From Takakia lepidozioides (taxonomy: Eukaryota > Plantae > Bryophyta): a stretch of DNA of 64,000 nt. The translations under genes were made by a program, and so were the position numbers. The stretch covers positions 53,568,001-53,632,000 of the forward strand of contig CM060733.1 in NCBI GenBank assembly GCA_030704615.1, read 5' to 3'. Each line of letters begins with the position of its first letter. Within the stretch, counting starts at the first letter, position 1. Positions 37,301-48,855 of this stretch are shown piece by piece. Below the pieces are notes generated by a model. That model saw nothing but the letters and a program-made list of their open reading frames with translations, did no database searches and was not told the origin of the DNA.

Positions 37301-39650
37301 GCCATGAGTTATGATTGCCAGTAGTGTCGAAGTCCCTACTAAAGAGGACAGGCAGAACATGAACAATAGCAAGGTCCGGATGCAAAGCATTATGTTCAAC
37401 CATGATGCCAATATGCTGAACATGGGAGAGAGAGAGGATCATGTTTGGAAAGTAGTCCTTGAGTAGCTCATGTGTGAGGGCCAATGTGATTGCCAGTTCT
37501 TTGCCCATGCCGAAGTCTTTGGACAACTTCTGATACCCAGGCCGTTTGAAAACCATCCTTTACACTTGGGAGGAAGAAGCAAGTGTAATCATCGACGAAG
37601 GCATACGCCAAGAGGGGTGACACACATCACTGCTTTCTCCCTGGCATAAATCAAGCATAGCGTCCAGCTTGTCAGAGGCCTTGTCTTGAAAGAGTGGAGC
37701 TCCAGGAAGGATATGGCAAGGTTGCTGCTATCGAGTTGTTGTAGGTCTGCTTCAGTGAAGGGAAAGGAAGCCCACTCTTCCATGATTCTGACTGTGAAGA
37801 AAGCTGATGGGCGGTTGGGGTGGCACCAATTGGCCAAATCTCCATTTCTCTTTCGCTTCTTGGAAACCTATTGTTCAGCAGTGCAATCGTCGTGATCTGC
37901 CACTTTTGCTTTGCCTTTAGCCTGGTCTGCCAAGAAATTGAGTGACTGAGGAGAGGCCGAGCCTCCAGCAGGGGGATCAACTGCCTTGTTGCGATTGATT
38001 TTTGGACAATCCGCCTTAATGTGCCCTTCACCGTTATAGAAGAAGCATATGGCTGAGAGGATTTCCTCTTTGATTGCCACGACTATAAAGGAGTCGTCGT
38101 CAACTGTGGGTAGCTTGATAGAGGCACCAATCGAGGCCGTTTCAGGCATGAGGACCACCATTTTCGGAACTCCATTGTCGCGATTGTAGTCTAATTGCAC
38201 ATCCTCAATGTCAATGCTTAGGATTTGGTCTTGAACAGGCTCGTAAACGTTGATAGCGCTGATGAAAGTCCCGAAGCTCGCACCTATTTCAGGGAGCGAA
38301 GTAAGATAGGTGGGGGGCTGGAATGGGATTGCAATCACTTTGGGTGTCCACATTATTCCCTGTTTGTGGCCCCAGTCGTGAGTCCAGGGAAAAATGTACA
38401 CCTTCTCCGTGGATAGATGAGTGTTGAAACGAATTGCATTGTCTGCTTCATTGGGGGAGTTGAACAGAATGGCATATAAGCCTCTCCCCATTGACAGACA
38501 AAAGTGTTGCGACAGACCACCGTCTGCTCCCAGGTGCACCACCACCCAACGACGTACCGAGGCCCTTGTCTTTGGCTTCCCAGGGAAGTAAACGAGCACA
38601 CCTCTCTGCGAGAGTTTCTGAGCCTGTGCTTTGAGCTTTTCTTTGTTAAATTTGAGCACTGGCTGCTCTGATTGGATTGGCTCCAGAGTATCATCCCATT
38701 GAGTGTCTGCAGGCATGGGGGAGGGTGGCGCAAGACTGGAGCTAGGCCCTCTACCCAAGATGGAGGCACCAAAGGCCTCTGCAGTTGTAGCTTTCTTCTG
38801 CCAAGTTTGGCTCTTGCCTCTGCTGGGGTTGGATCCTCCTCTCTTTGAGCGTTTGTGACTAGTTCCTCTGGGCTCCATTTGTGACCTGCAGGTTAGAAAG
38901 GAGCACGCACAACGAAGACGAGGAAGAGCAGAGGAGCAACAGCAGCAAAAAGTGAAAGAGCTACCAAGTAGACGCAGCATACGATGAGCAGAATGCGGGG
39001 GCTCGGAGAAGTCATTGAGAGAAGAAATAAGAGTTATGGAAACAAAGAATAGCAAATAGAGTATGCACGAACCAAATCAGAGGGGTGCGATCGATGTAGC
39101 TAGTGAGGGAGGGAAAGCGAGCACTTCCCTGAATGTTGAGTCGTAAGCATTTGAAGTGGGCGGCTGAACTGTAAAGAGGTCTGCCATATTGTGAGGCAGA
39201 GAAGGAACTCCATCCTTCTAGACATTCATAAGGACTCAATTTTCTTTAGAATCCTGTGAAAAGTTGGAGCGTCATGAATTTGTATTGCCAGAAGGGGGAG
39301 AGACGCCGCCATGAGCAGTGTGGCTCATTAATGACTTACAGGAGGGGGGGTTGGAGAGTGTGGGGAATCTCCTCGAAAGATATGCAAATAATGGCGTAAG
39401 AAGGCCAGCTATTATGAGTGAGAGCGAGGGAGAAGAGTGAGAAGGGGAGAGATGAAAGCAGTGAGCAGTGATGGCGTATTGCAGCACATTCATAGATTTG
39501 AGAAGGAGAGAGGGGAGGGGAGGGTCACCAGGAAAAGCCCAAGTCCTAGGCCCCCTCACCGCAAAACGCGGAGCCCCCCGACCTCCATTAATACACCTTA
39601 GAGTCGTCTCTAATTAGTCTTGCTTGGCGAGGTTACTATGAAAGAAGAAA
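31308..39650 (-). mobile_element. Near full-length L1/Tx1-type LINE (ORF1 with RRM-like region and zinc knuckle; ORF2 with APE endonuclease, RT and zf-RVT), degenerate
   Basis: Poly(A) as T17 at 31308-31324; ORF1 37868-39055 with a mutated knuckle ICFFYNGEGHIKADC; EN SWNVRGLG, FLQEHKL, IGGDMN (36229-36900); RT KSPGMDGLP, NYRPITSLN, LDFEKAFDS, YADD; 3' CPICNAEPES. Possible TSD aaagctttt at 31303-31311 and 39648-39656. Confidence 0.92.
35219..35947. mobile_element. Solo LTR inserted into ORF2 of the L1 element
   Basis: TGTCGCG...CGCGACA termini with a perfect 5-bp TSD TTCCT (35214-35218 and 35948-35952). It interrupts ORF2 between EN and RT. Confidence 0.9.
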
Positions 39651-39819
39651 GCTTTTCCACTCCTACTCTACAAAGATTTATCTACGACCACAGAGGCAGC
39701 ATGGACTCCATAGATTCCTAAATACTCTATAAAATATGCTACAACAAAACGAAAATAGGCTCAAGTGACAAAAAAAGCGAAAGTAGTTCAAATCAATGAG
39801 TTTCTCTAGTGAAACTATC

Positions 39820-40382
39820 TTTTTGATCGCATTGTACCATTCCCAAGTAACACCTCCTTGGCTATATGAGAAATAATGGATGAAAAAATGACCATGGAAG
39901 AGGTATAAGGTGGCATAATTAATTAATTGTGGATTAAAGTAGATCTTTGACAAAGGAGGAGCCATTACACAAATTGGCAGGGACGCAGTAGGAAGGGGGG
40001 TGGGGATTCGACAGCAGGTCCTGCTAGAGGTGTGCTGCCCCCAAGTTACCTCCACTTAAACTCTCACCGGATGAATAGTGTGTTGCTTAGTAGCTTTTTG
40101 TTGAAGTGGCTCTTACCGTCGTTCATGGGAATCTTCTCTCTCGCTTATCGGTGCTTTTCACAAGATGATTTCAGCAAGGTTTTATATTTAATTACAAGCT
40201 CGGCATTGGAGATATTCATGTAATGACTCCTCCTTTGTCATGGAGATATCGACTTTTAATCCATAATTAATTAAAAAGTCATAAAATTATGCCACCTTAT
40301 ACAATTTCATCATCTTCCATGGTCACTTCTCATCCATTATTTCTCAAGGAGATGTTTCTGGAATGGTGTAACATGATCAAAC
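39820..40382. repeat. Foldback/MITE-like element with ~150-bp imperfect inverted arms
   Basis: 39820-39970 (gagaaataatggatg...accatggaaga...tataaggtggcataatt...tgacaaaggaggag.cattac) is the reverse complement of 40220-40382. Confidence 0.7.
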
Positions 40383-40469
40383 TGGTTTTGGGCATTGATG
40401 CCTAGTCTCATCCTATGAAGAGCCTGTAAGGAGGAGCCAACAATAAATGTGATGAGACCATTGGATGTT

Positions 40470-41640
40470 ACCATAATGATAATGTCAAATACAAAAGATA
40501 AATACTCCCTTCAATATGTCATACGCTTGGACCCCATTCCCCAACATGATTAACTCCTCCATGAGTACACATCAATGTTCTCATTGCTAACTGACTCCTT
40601 ACCTGGAATCAAGAGAGTAAACATGACAAAGAACTTCTTTGTAGTAAGCTATGGAGACAAGTTGTATACCAGCGTCAACACCGGCCATGTTGACCAACAA
40701 TTGTTCTTATCTTAAAATAGGTTCACTCCATCCAAAGATAGTCCAAGCCTTATATTGCGAGGCTCCGCGGCAAACTCAGGCCAAGTGGCATCAATGTGTT
40801 TCCATGCCTTTAATCAACTGCATGACGTACAAGCTTGCATTCCGATTATGTCAGGTCATTAATTGTGCAGTGGAATAACATCTATACCTATGCAAAATGC
40901 GTGGTATGAGTGGAAAATGTCGAAGCACCTTATCACGTATCTTGGATTTCCCCACGTGTTTGAAATGTGCGCTTTTACATTTGGGGCACCTCTCTCTTTC
41001 TATTAAGCTCCCTCTAAAGAGCACACATCCATTATCGATCTTGTTATAAGCAAGCCCAAGCTTACTCACCATAGTTTTTGAGTGGTAGGAAGATGTGGGC
41101 ATGACGTTTGGTTGTGGCAATAAGGGTTTCCGCAACAAAGAAAACAATTCGTCGGCAAAAGCATTTGTAACCTCATGTGTTGTGCACACATTTATAAGAA
41201 GCATCGTGGTTACGCGCTTGGAGGATTTACAGCCTTCGCATATGAAATATGTCATGCCTCTTCTAGGGAAATGGGATCATCCCTTTGTGGGTCCCCACTC
41301 GTACTATGATCTTCCCTCATATTGGTGTCAAATTCAGCATCTACATCCTCTAAGTTCTCAACATCTTCTCCAGTTAATGCAGGTGTATCTATAACCTGTA
41401 ATGTCTCTTGCACCATACGTTATACCTCAACATTGGAGTCCATTGCTGAAAATCGAGGAGCACATCTTTGGTCTGCAGCAATACCACCTCCATTCCTAGC
41501 TCCATTTGCTGGAGGTATGCAAAGAGCATCTATGGGTTGTTTATCCCATTCATCATCTGAATCGTGTCTTCTTGCACTTTTCCAAGACCTGAATGCAAGG
41601 GATCTGCCATGTTCAATTAAGCATTCCATCTCTATTAAAC
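40470..41640 (-). mobile_element. CACTA/En-Spm (Tnp2/Transposase_21-like) transposase pseudogene fragment
   Basis: FADELFSLL...LGLAYNKIDNGCVLFRG...CPKCKS...KVLRHFPLIPRI, and downstream WPVLTLVYNLSP...LLIPGK...NIDVY. Confidence 0.85.
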
Positions 41641-41989
41641 ACTAGGTTTTTTTTTACTTAGTCTCTCCTAATTTGACTTTGCATATTAGTCACAGGATCA
41701 CACCCCCCTGATATGCTTAACGGCTTGTCTCTTTGATAATTTGATTAAACAGGCTTCCTCCCCTTTCGTTTTTAAAAAAAAAATGTTTGAATGCACGCAC
41801 ATCATGTGCAAGGGCATCTTAATTTTTCCACATCATATTCACAAGCACGAGAAAACTCACATGCCGAAAGAGAATCATCGCATTGCTGCAGTCAGAGTGC
41901 ATCAGGTGGTATGTGAGCCTCCATGGTTTGGGTTTCATCACCTGCATGTAACTATTTTCAAACCAGTTTTGACATATGACAGCACTACA

Positions 41990-42358
41990 ATACCACCACT
42001 AGAGACCCTCGACTCCGGACTGTGATGAGTCACAGTGAATCTTGGTCCACCCACCACGGCCCCAATGGACTCTGGTGAGCCCCAAGACTCCCTACGACTC
42101 CCACCACAAGGCCTCAGACTCATGGTGAGTCCTATGCCACCCCCACTACGACTCCCTAAGCTACCACCACCCCACTGCATGGAGCCCCCACCGCAACCCG
42201 GCTTGTGGGGCTTCCTTAGTGAGTGCCTCCGCTCCCTTGAGCACCTTCGGCCCTTAAGGGTGCTTCAGCCCCTTTTCCTATTGCTGCCACTGCCCCCACC
42301 ACAAGGGCAGCCCCTCTCGTGTTCCAAACCCCCGCCCTCAAGGCAAAAGGCCGCGACA
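41990..42358. mobile_element. Partial, reverse-oriented copy of the LTR at 35219-35947
   Basis: Reverse-complement similarity over ~360 bp, ending ...aggcaaaaggccgcgaca. Confidence 0.85.
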
Positions 42359-42364
42359 CAATGA

Positions 42365-43520
42365 TGTCATGGTTTTGTTTGTGATCAGTTAGAAATAGTT
42401 ATTTCTAGCTAATTAGGACATTATACATTTATTTTTGTTTTTTGCTGGCATTGGGACTTCATTTGGTTTCATGTACCAAGTGAGGTGACGAACTTTATTT
42501 GGGACGTGGAGAGGTTATCTCCACGTGAGACGTAGGCAGGCTCGTCTTCTTCTAGTCGAGCCTCCCGAGGCCTCTCTCGCCGCCATAGCTCTAATATTTG
42601 AGATGGAGAGTGGGTGAGGTCTGTATGGTGGAGTCATGTAGCAAAGGTGTCATTGGCTTGACTTATATAACGTGATAGAGTGGGTTCACCTCTTTTCACC
42701 ATTTCCGTATCACTAGAAGAAGACCTACTTACATCCATGAGTGCAAGGTGTTAGCATAGTTAACACTTGTGTGTGGAAGAGAGCTTGGTAGATAGCTCTT
42801 GTGTTACAAGGTGTTGCAGGGTTTGCAAGAGGAAAACCTTGTGGTGTTTATGTGCAAGTGAGGTCTTCAAGGAGAGCCCCATTGAAAAGTTTGAGAGCTT
42901 GTGAAGAAGCTCTTGTTCTGCAAGTGTTGCAGGGTTTGAGGAGTTCAAGAAGAGCTCGGGTGTTAAAGAAACAAGCGGTGCATGTGTGGAGCATGGTTTC
43001 AGCTTGTGGGCGTCTTCAACTTCAAGCTTAAGAGAGCTATGAGTGGAGGTAGACATCTGATTTTTCTTTGGGGCAGAATAGTGTATTTGTAGAGCATGCT
43101 TTGAGTTGGGATTTCAATCCCAAGCTTGGGAAGAGCATGTCTATGGAAGTGGCAAGTGCAGGGCTAAATTAGGAGCTCTAAGATGTACACTATGACCATG
43201 GAAGGAAGCACTATGAGTGCATGCGATGGCTAGAAGAGGGTATGCCATAGAAAGCTCAATAGTTTGTTCTATGCTTGTTTCAATAAGTTACATAGAGAAA
43301 GAGAGCTTGTTGTGTGGCAAATAGCTTGTTCAGGGAGTAACAAGCACTTTTGGTGGTCTATTGATGCTCAAGAAACCAAGAACAACACCTCTGGTTGCTC
43401 CATAGAAACCATAACTCGTTCGCAGCAATCACAGAGGCAAAGCGGCGCAAACCCTAGCTTGGGAACGCGTGGGTTTGAAGTCTGTACCCTATATCCGACC
43501 AATTACATAGTTTCCTCACA
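42365..43520. mobile_element. Possible LTR of another retrotransposon
   Basis: TG...CA bounded, non-coding, with a TATA-like ttatataa and LTR-like composition. No TSD found. Confidence 0.35.
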
Positions 43521-43599
43521 TCCCTAGAGGTGCCAGAACATTTCTTGTGGACTCCCTCTCTTGGTCCTCTGATTCATCACAGTAGACGTTCCTGATTCA

Positions 43600-44075
43600 A
43601 ACAACTGTGTGACCCCTTCCTCCAGTTGAGGATCTACACTTGGATGTTTCTTGTAACTACCCATCCACAGTGACTCGGTGGTTCTCTTGTGCTTGAAATC
43701 TGGTCCTTCAAAATGGATCTGTATCCAGGCTCTTTCAGCTGTCTATGCCTCCACAACACAAATGCCTAGAATCTGCCCCTCGTTGCAAGTAGCTAACGAC
43801 GATTACTCATTATCCACACAGCTAACACCATCACAACCTACCAAAAATAGCTCCCATGCTGAATTGCTGGTAACACTAGAAAAATGCAGGTGAGGGAGAG
43901 GGAGATGACAATTTGAGACAAAATTTTCAATGCCTGTTGTTTGCTTCCGCTGTAATAGAACAGAGGCATTCACCTTTTTGCCTTGATTGTCCCACCATTG
44001 ACTGGGGTCTGACAAATATTCCTTCCAAAGATTCCCCTCATCCCTAATTGTGCTATTCAGAAATTTTGCCTGCAA
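43600..44075 (-). pseudogene. OSB (organellar ssDNA-binding protein) C-terminal PDF-motif exons, probably a fragment
   Basis: NLWKEYLSDPSQWWDNQGKK (~44030-43973) and GPDFKHKRTTESLW (~43707-43665) match the OSB PDF motif. No SSB-domain exons recognised upstream. Confidence 0.7.
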
Positions 44076-45310
44076 CTACAGAAGTTGTAACATGTCAAAA
44101 CATCATACCACAAGAGATCCACCCAAACTTACATTACAAAGCCCATTATGAAAAAGAGATGTTCGTGTATTTTAAGAAACCCCTTTGAAACTGGAGAAGA
44201 AAATAAGGCCCAAAAAAGAGGTGAACCCACAGTTCCACTGAATACTAAATCTGTTGTGGGGTTTTAACGACCGTGGCATGGAAAAAAACATTCATATACC
44301 CATGCACAGTCAACTAAACAATTTGATAATATTATTGGCATCATGCTAGAAAGCACCAATGCGTGGTCTCTCCCTTATAGGGAGGAGCCAACAAATTGCA
44401 AGAGAAAAAGGTTTTTTTCTTCAGGTTGATGGATGGAACCTTTCTTCTTTGATGGAATCCAAAAGTTGGGAAGTAAGTGCAACGGAATCGCGGAGTTACG
44501 CTCTACAAGTGGCCGGATAGCGGAAGTGACTATTTCAGAGAGCATCAGAGGGAAATCAGCTTAGCTAGAAACACAAGAGAGGAGAGAGACGCTCACTCCG
44601 TTGGTCATCGCGTAACAGAATATTGTAGGGAGGCCAGTGGAGGTGGACATTACTCTTTGAGAGAGATATTCAAAGCTGAATTGCTGTAAATGAAGCTACT
44701 CTCTCTCTCTCTTTGCACTTTCTCGGTAGTGTTTATGCGACCTTCACCTCCTCTCGTACTAATCACCAGTTCTCATTCAGTAGGTAAACATTCAAGTCAT
44801 CACTGGAATATTCTCTCGTTTTCGAGTTCCTCCATAACACCAAATCACCTCTCAATTTCCCTCCCCTTCATTCTTCGCAAATTCGCAACCTCATCTCCTC
44901 ACGTTATTAGGTCTCTGCCTCCCCTTACGTATCCAGTGGATCATCTAGTTTTCAGGCCCCTAATTATTCCGCTCGTTGTAGACATCAAGGCGTATTTGTT
45001 CTTGCCTTATCTTGGGATTCGTTGCTTTATCATCACCCAGGCAGTCCATTAACAACATTCGCTGTGCTTGTGAGGACACACAGATGCTTTCACATGTTCG
45101 AAGTGCTCTAGGGACACGAACTCTCATTGAGTCAAGCGAGAGAGAGAGAGTTTTGTGCGGAGGAGGTGTGACACCTTGTTTCAGTCAAGCTCAGCATAAT
45201 GACGAGGGCTCCAGCTGGAGCGTGTTAGCTGCCACTTCTTGCAAACGGTCCGAGATGATTTGGCAGGTCTGTCTTTGGTGCCTTCTTGTGAACCTGCGTG
45301 TCAGTCCTGA

Positions 45311-46560
45311 TCAGATGTAGGTAAATTCCCAAGCATTTCTGATCCTCCCACGATAGGAGTTGACTTGAAGGGGGTTGTGTCCAAAGCCATGTCTAGTGCC
45401 CAAAGACTGTCCTCTGAAATGTAGCCATAGAACTACCCTAAACTTGTTTCCAGTCTGTGGCATGAGCAAGGACCTGAAGGATGATTTAAAGGACCTACAT
45501 ACCCTTGGCAGTAGACTGAAATTTAAACTCATGGTGGTGAGCCTACCTTCAAACAATATGAATTCAGATGTAGATAAATTGCCAAGCAAATTTTCTGATC
45601 CTCCCACGACAGGAGTTGACTTGGAGAGGGTTGTGTCAAAAGCCATGTCTAGTGCCCAAAGACTGTCCTCTGAAAATATTGCCATAGAACTACCCTAAAC
45701 TTGTTTACAATCTGTGACACTAGTAAGGATGAGAACTAGAGCCTCTTTGGGAACATCAAGAACATGGTTTCTGCCAATGACCTGTTTACCAACTTCGAAA
45801 ATTTCTGCTGAGCCTAAGGCCCTGACCCTATTGGGGTCTACCTTTGGGGCTGCTTACAAACAACAGCTCAATGCCCGTGTGAAGGGCTTTCCACATGAAA
45901 TCTGGTAAGCTCACACAATTGTTTATAGCAAGATAAGTGACTACTGGAGTGAGCCCTTCTCGACCAGCTCTCCCCCGTGTTTTTCTTAAAGAGTTTAACC
46001 AAGGAGCAGGGGGGGTCTGGGAGGGACAGAGCAGCCATTTCTGATGGCCAAAGACTGTCATTTGATAATGAAGTAAGTAGACATTAAACTACCCTAAACA
46101 TGTTTCCAGTCTGTGACATGAGCAAGGACCTGAAGGATGATCTAAAGGGCCTTATTCGTTACCCTTGGCACTAGACTGAAATTTAAACTAATGGTAGTGA
46201 ACCTACCTTTGCACATTAATCAGATGCAGAAAATTTCCCAGCATTAATTCTGATCCTCGCAATGGGAGTTGACCTGGAGGGGGTTGTGCCCAAAGCCATG
46301 TGTACAAAAGCTGTCCTCCGAAAAAGTAGCCATATAACTAGCCTAAACTTGTTTACAGTCTGTGACAAGAGGAAGGATCTGAATTAATAGACCATCTTCA
46401 GGAACATCAAGAACATGGTTCCTGCACATGACCTGTTCACTAACGTTGACAATCTCGAGGCTGAGCCTGAGTCCTGGCCTTATTGGGATCTACCTTTGGG
46501 GCTGCTCACACATAGCGGCTTCATGCCAGTGTGAAGGGCTTTCCACAGGAAATCTAGCAA
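45311..46560 (+). repeat. Tandem, scrambled repeats derived from the 3' region of the non-L1 LINE family
   Basis: At least four blocks of aaac(t/a)tgttt(c/a)ca(g/a)tctgtg(a/g)ca and three of ttgtg(t/c)c(c/a)aagccatgt. Translation TTLNLFPVCGMSKDLKDDLKDLHTLGSRLKFKL matches the LINE ORF. Confidence 0.8.
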
Positions 46561-47716
46561 GCTCAAACAACTGCTTATTCTTAAGCATTAATTGCGTGGC
46601 TCTATCAGTATGTTCATAGAGCCTCGTGAAGTATTCCCAAACTTCACTGGCCGTATCAAGATTCCTGACCATCGCTAACTGACTGTCTCCGCAGTTCAGA
46701 AGGATGTCACACTTGGCTCTAGCGTTCTTAGCCAAGCCTTCTGCTCGTCAGGATCATTTGACCATGGGTCTTGATCAACACCTTTTACTACATTCAGTAA
46801 ATCATTTCTTAGCAACATAATTTCAATTTTCATTTTTCAAATTGTGAAATTTGTGCCATTTAGTTTTTCAATCATTATGGAACGATGCTCAGAAGGTACC
46901 GATGCCATGGTAGACTCTGATTGTTAGATTAGATTAGTACCAAAGACCAGCAGTGCTTATGGTTGATGGTGTGCACTGATCGTTGGATCAGGCTAGTACC
47001 ACAACCAAGTGGAACTGCTTACCCTTCTATTTTGATATCTCTTAATCCTCAATCATATTGATGAAGGACTCGGAAAGATAAGAGAATGAACACATTCCAC
47101 ATGAGAATATTATATCTATGTTTTCCTTGAATCTATTAGAGAATGAGCCCATCATCTTTCTTATTAGAAAGAGAATGCTCATCTCTATCTTTTCCTCTAA
47201 TCTAGCTCTGATACCATGTAACAAATTACACAGGATCTACTCTCATACATCATTGCATGTATTTAGAGAGAGTGAGGAAAAACATGGATCTAGATATTCT
47301 TCTGTAATAATAATTACACTTCTTCTCTGTACGAAGAAGACAAAGAACTCTAGCTACAACTGTTCAAACTAACCGTTGTAACCTTTCACTTGACCAATCG
47401 GTGTAACCCTAATCCTTGATACTTCAAAGAGTTGTGTCTATTCACCATATCAGATGAAACCTAGAATTATGGATGAGATTATCTATCATTTCAATAACAG
47501 CCCCATGCCTCCGCTTCACTGAATATGTCGTGCTTGTCATCTCTATTGGATCGACTAACACACACCTCCTCTGCCAATACCACTACACTGCAACACAGAA
47601 GCAGCTCCCACCTTAACTCTAACCATCTATATGGCCTACTGAAACACAGCTCCCCAAACCCGACACCCTTGCCATACAAAATACAAAACTGATCTACGCG
47701 CACAGAGCATATTACA
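46560..47716 (-). mobile_element. 5' end of a Ty1/copia element: LTR (47217-47716), tRNA-Met PBS (47205-47216), gag N-terminus
   Basis: Minus-strand PBS TGGTATCAGAGC directly next to a TGTAA...TTACA-bounded 500-bp LTR. Gag reads MASVPSEHRSIMIEKLNGTNFTI*KMKIEIMLL...TASEVWEYFTRLYE. Confidence 0.88.
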
Positions 47717-48855
47717 GACAGGGATATCCAATCAAGTCATGCGTGGGCGAAGGCATGCCCCAATATGGTCGCTGGTTAAATTCTAACCAGTTGTACCCAA
47801 ATGATCTCTGATCAACTTGCTTCCCCAAGGAAATCTTTTGCAGTAGAATCCTTTCAATTTAGTTTCTATTTCATAGAAATTTTCTAAGAAACTCATTTTT
47901 TTGAAGCAAAGTGAGGAGTGGGGGGTTCCGGGGTTTTCCACATGCATCTTTTGGGGTCCCTCTCTGACTACCCTTCCGACATTCCCAAGAGGGAATGCGC
48001 AATGCATGTAGTTTAGAGGAGAACTCCGGGGGGGGGGCAGAGATTTCATTCCTCCAAACAAATTGGATTTCCGCGTGAAAAGTCCTGAAATTTCCTCACA
48101 TCATAGGACATACTCACTGTTGGCAATTGTAGATTCCTTGGATTCAAAACAATGAGTTTTGGGGCTGCCCGTTCTTGACTCACCTTTGGCACTACAATTT
48201 TTGGCCTGAAAAAGTCTGCTTTAGTTTGTTTTGGCTTCCACTAAATCATTATAATATCTCAATCCCTCCAATGGCCTTCTATGAAATGTTTCGAGGTGGT
48301 AGGGGGGCAAGCAAGCTCACCTCTCCTACTTACTGTCAATTTTCATGGATGTTGATTTTCTAGTAGATATGGCGGTTCCAGTTTTGCAAAACATGGCTTT
48401 GGAAATTAGGGGTTAATTTGGGAGTGGTCACCCGCAGGTGTTTCCTTTGAAAAAGAAAAAGAAAAACACATTGTAGGGCATAATGATAGTTTGAGAATCT
48501 CATTTTTCAAGCATCCAAGAGGTGTTCTCTGAAGGCATAGTTACTGCTGGAGCAAGTTATGAGGTTCAGCCATCAAAGATATGAGATTGACTGCAGCAAT
48601 GCTCCTCTTGCCCACCACTTATATTGCTACAGATGGGTTACATATGACTGTGGTGTGAATTCAGCCACACCTTAGAGTAAAAGGGGCAGCAAGCAAGAGA
48701 GGTAGCAACGAAAGAAAGGAGGAAGACATAATAGAGCCAAGAGAGCTTTTGCCCTAGCAGGGAAGACATGCACCTGCATATGCATGTTTGTACTGGCAAA
48801 CCTGACCAGGGGTGCCAGGTGGTTTCCTTACTTTGGTGTTGTTTCAATAAAGTAC

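Noticed and set aside
44430-45300. Possible LTR-like sequence
   Set aside because: No clear termini, TSD, PBS or second copy.
47720-48440. Possible hAT-like MITE
   Set aside because: The candidate terminal repeats match too weakly and there is no TSD.
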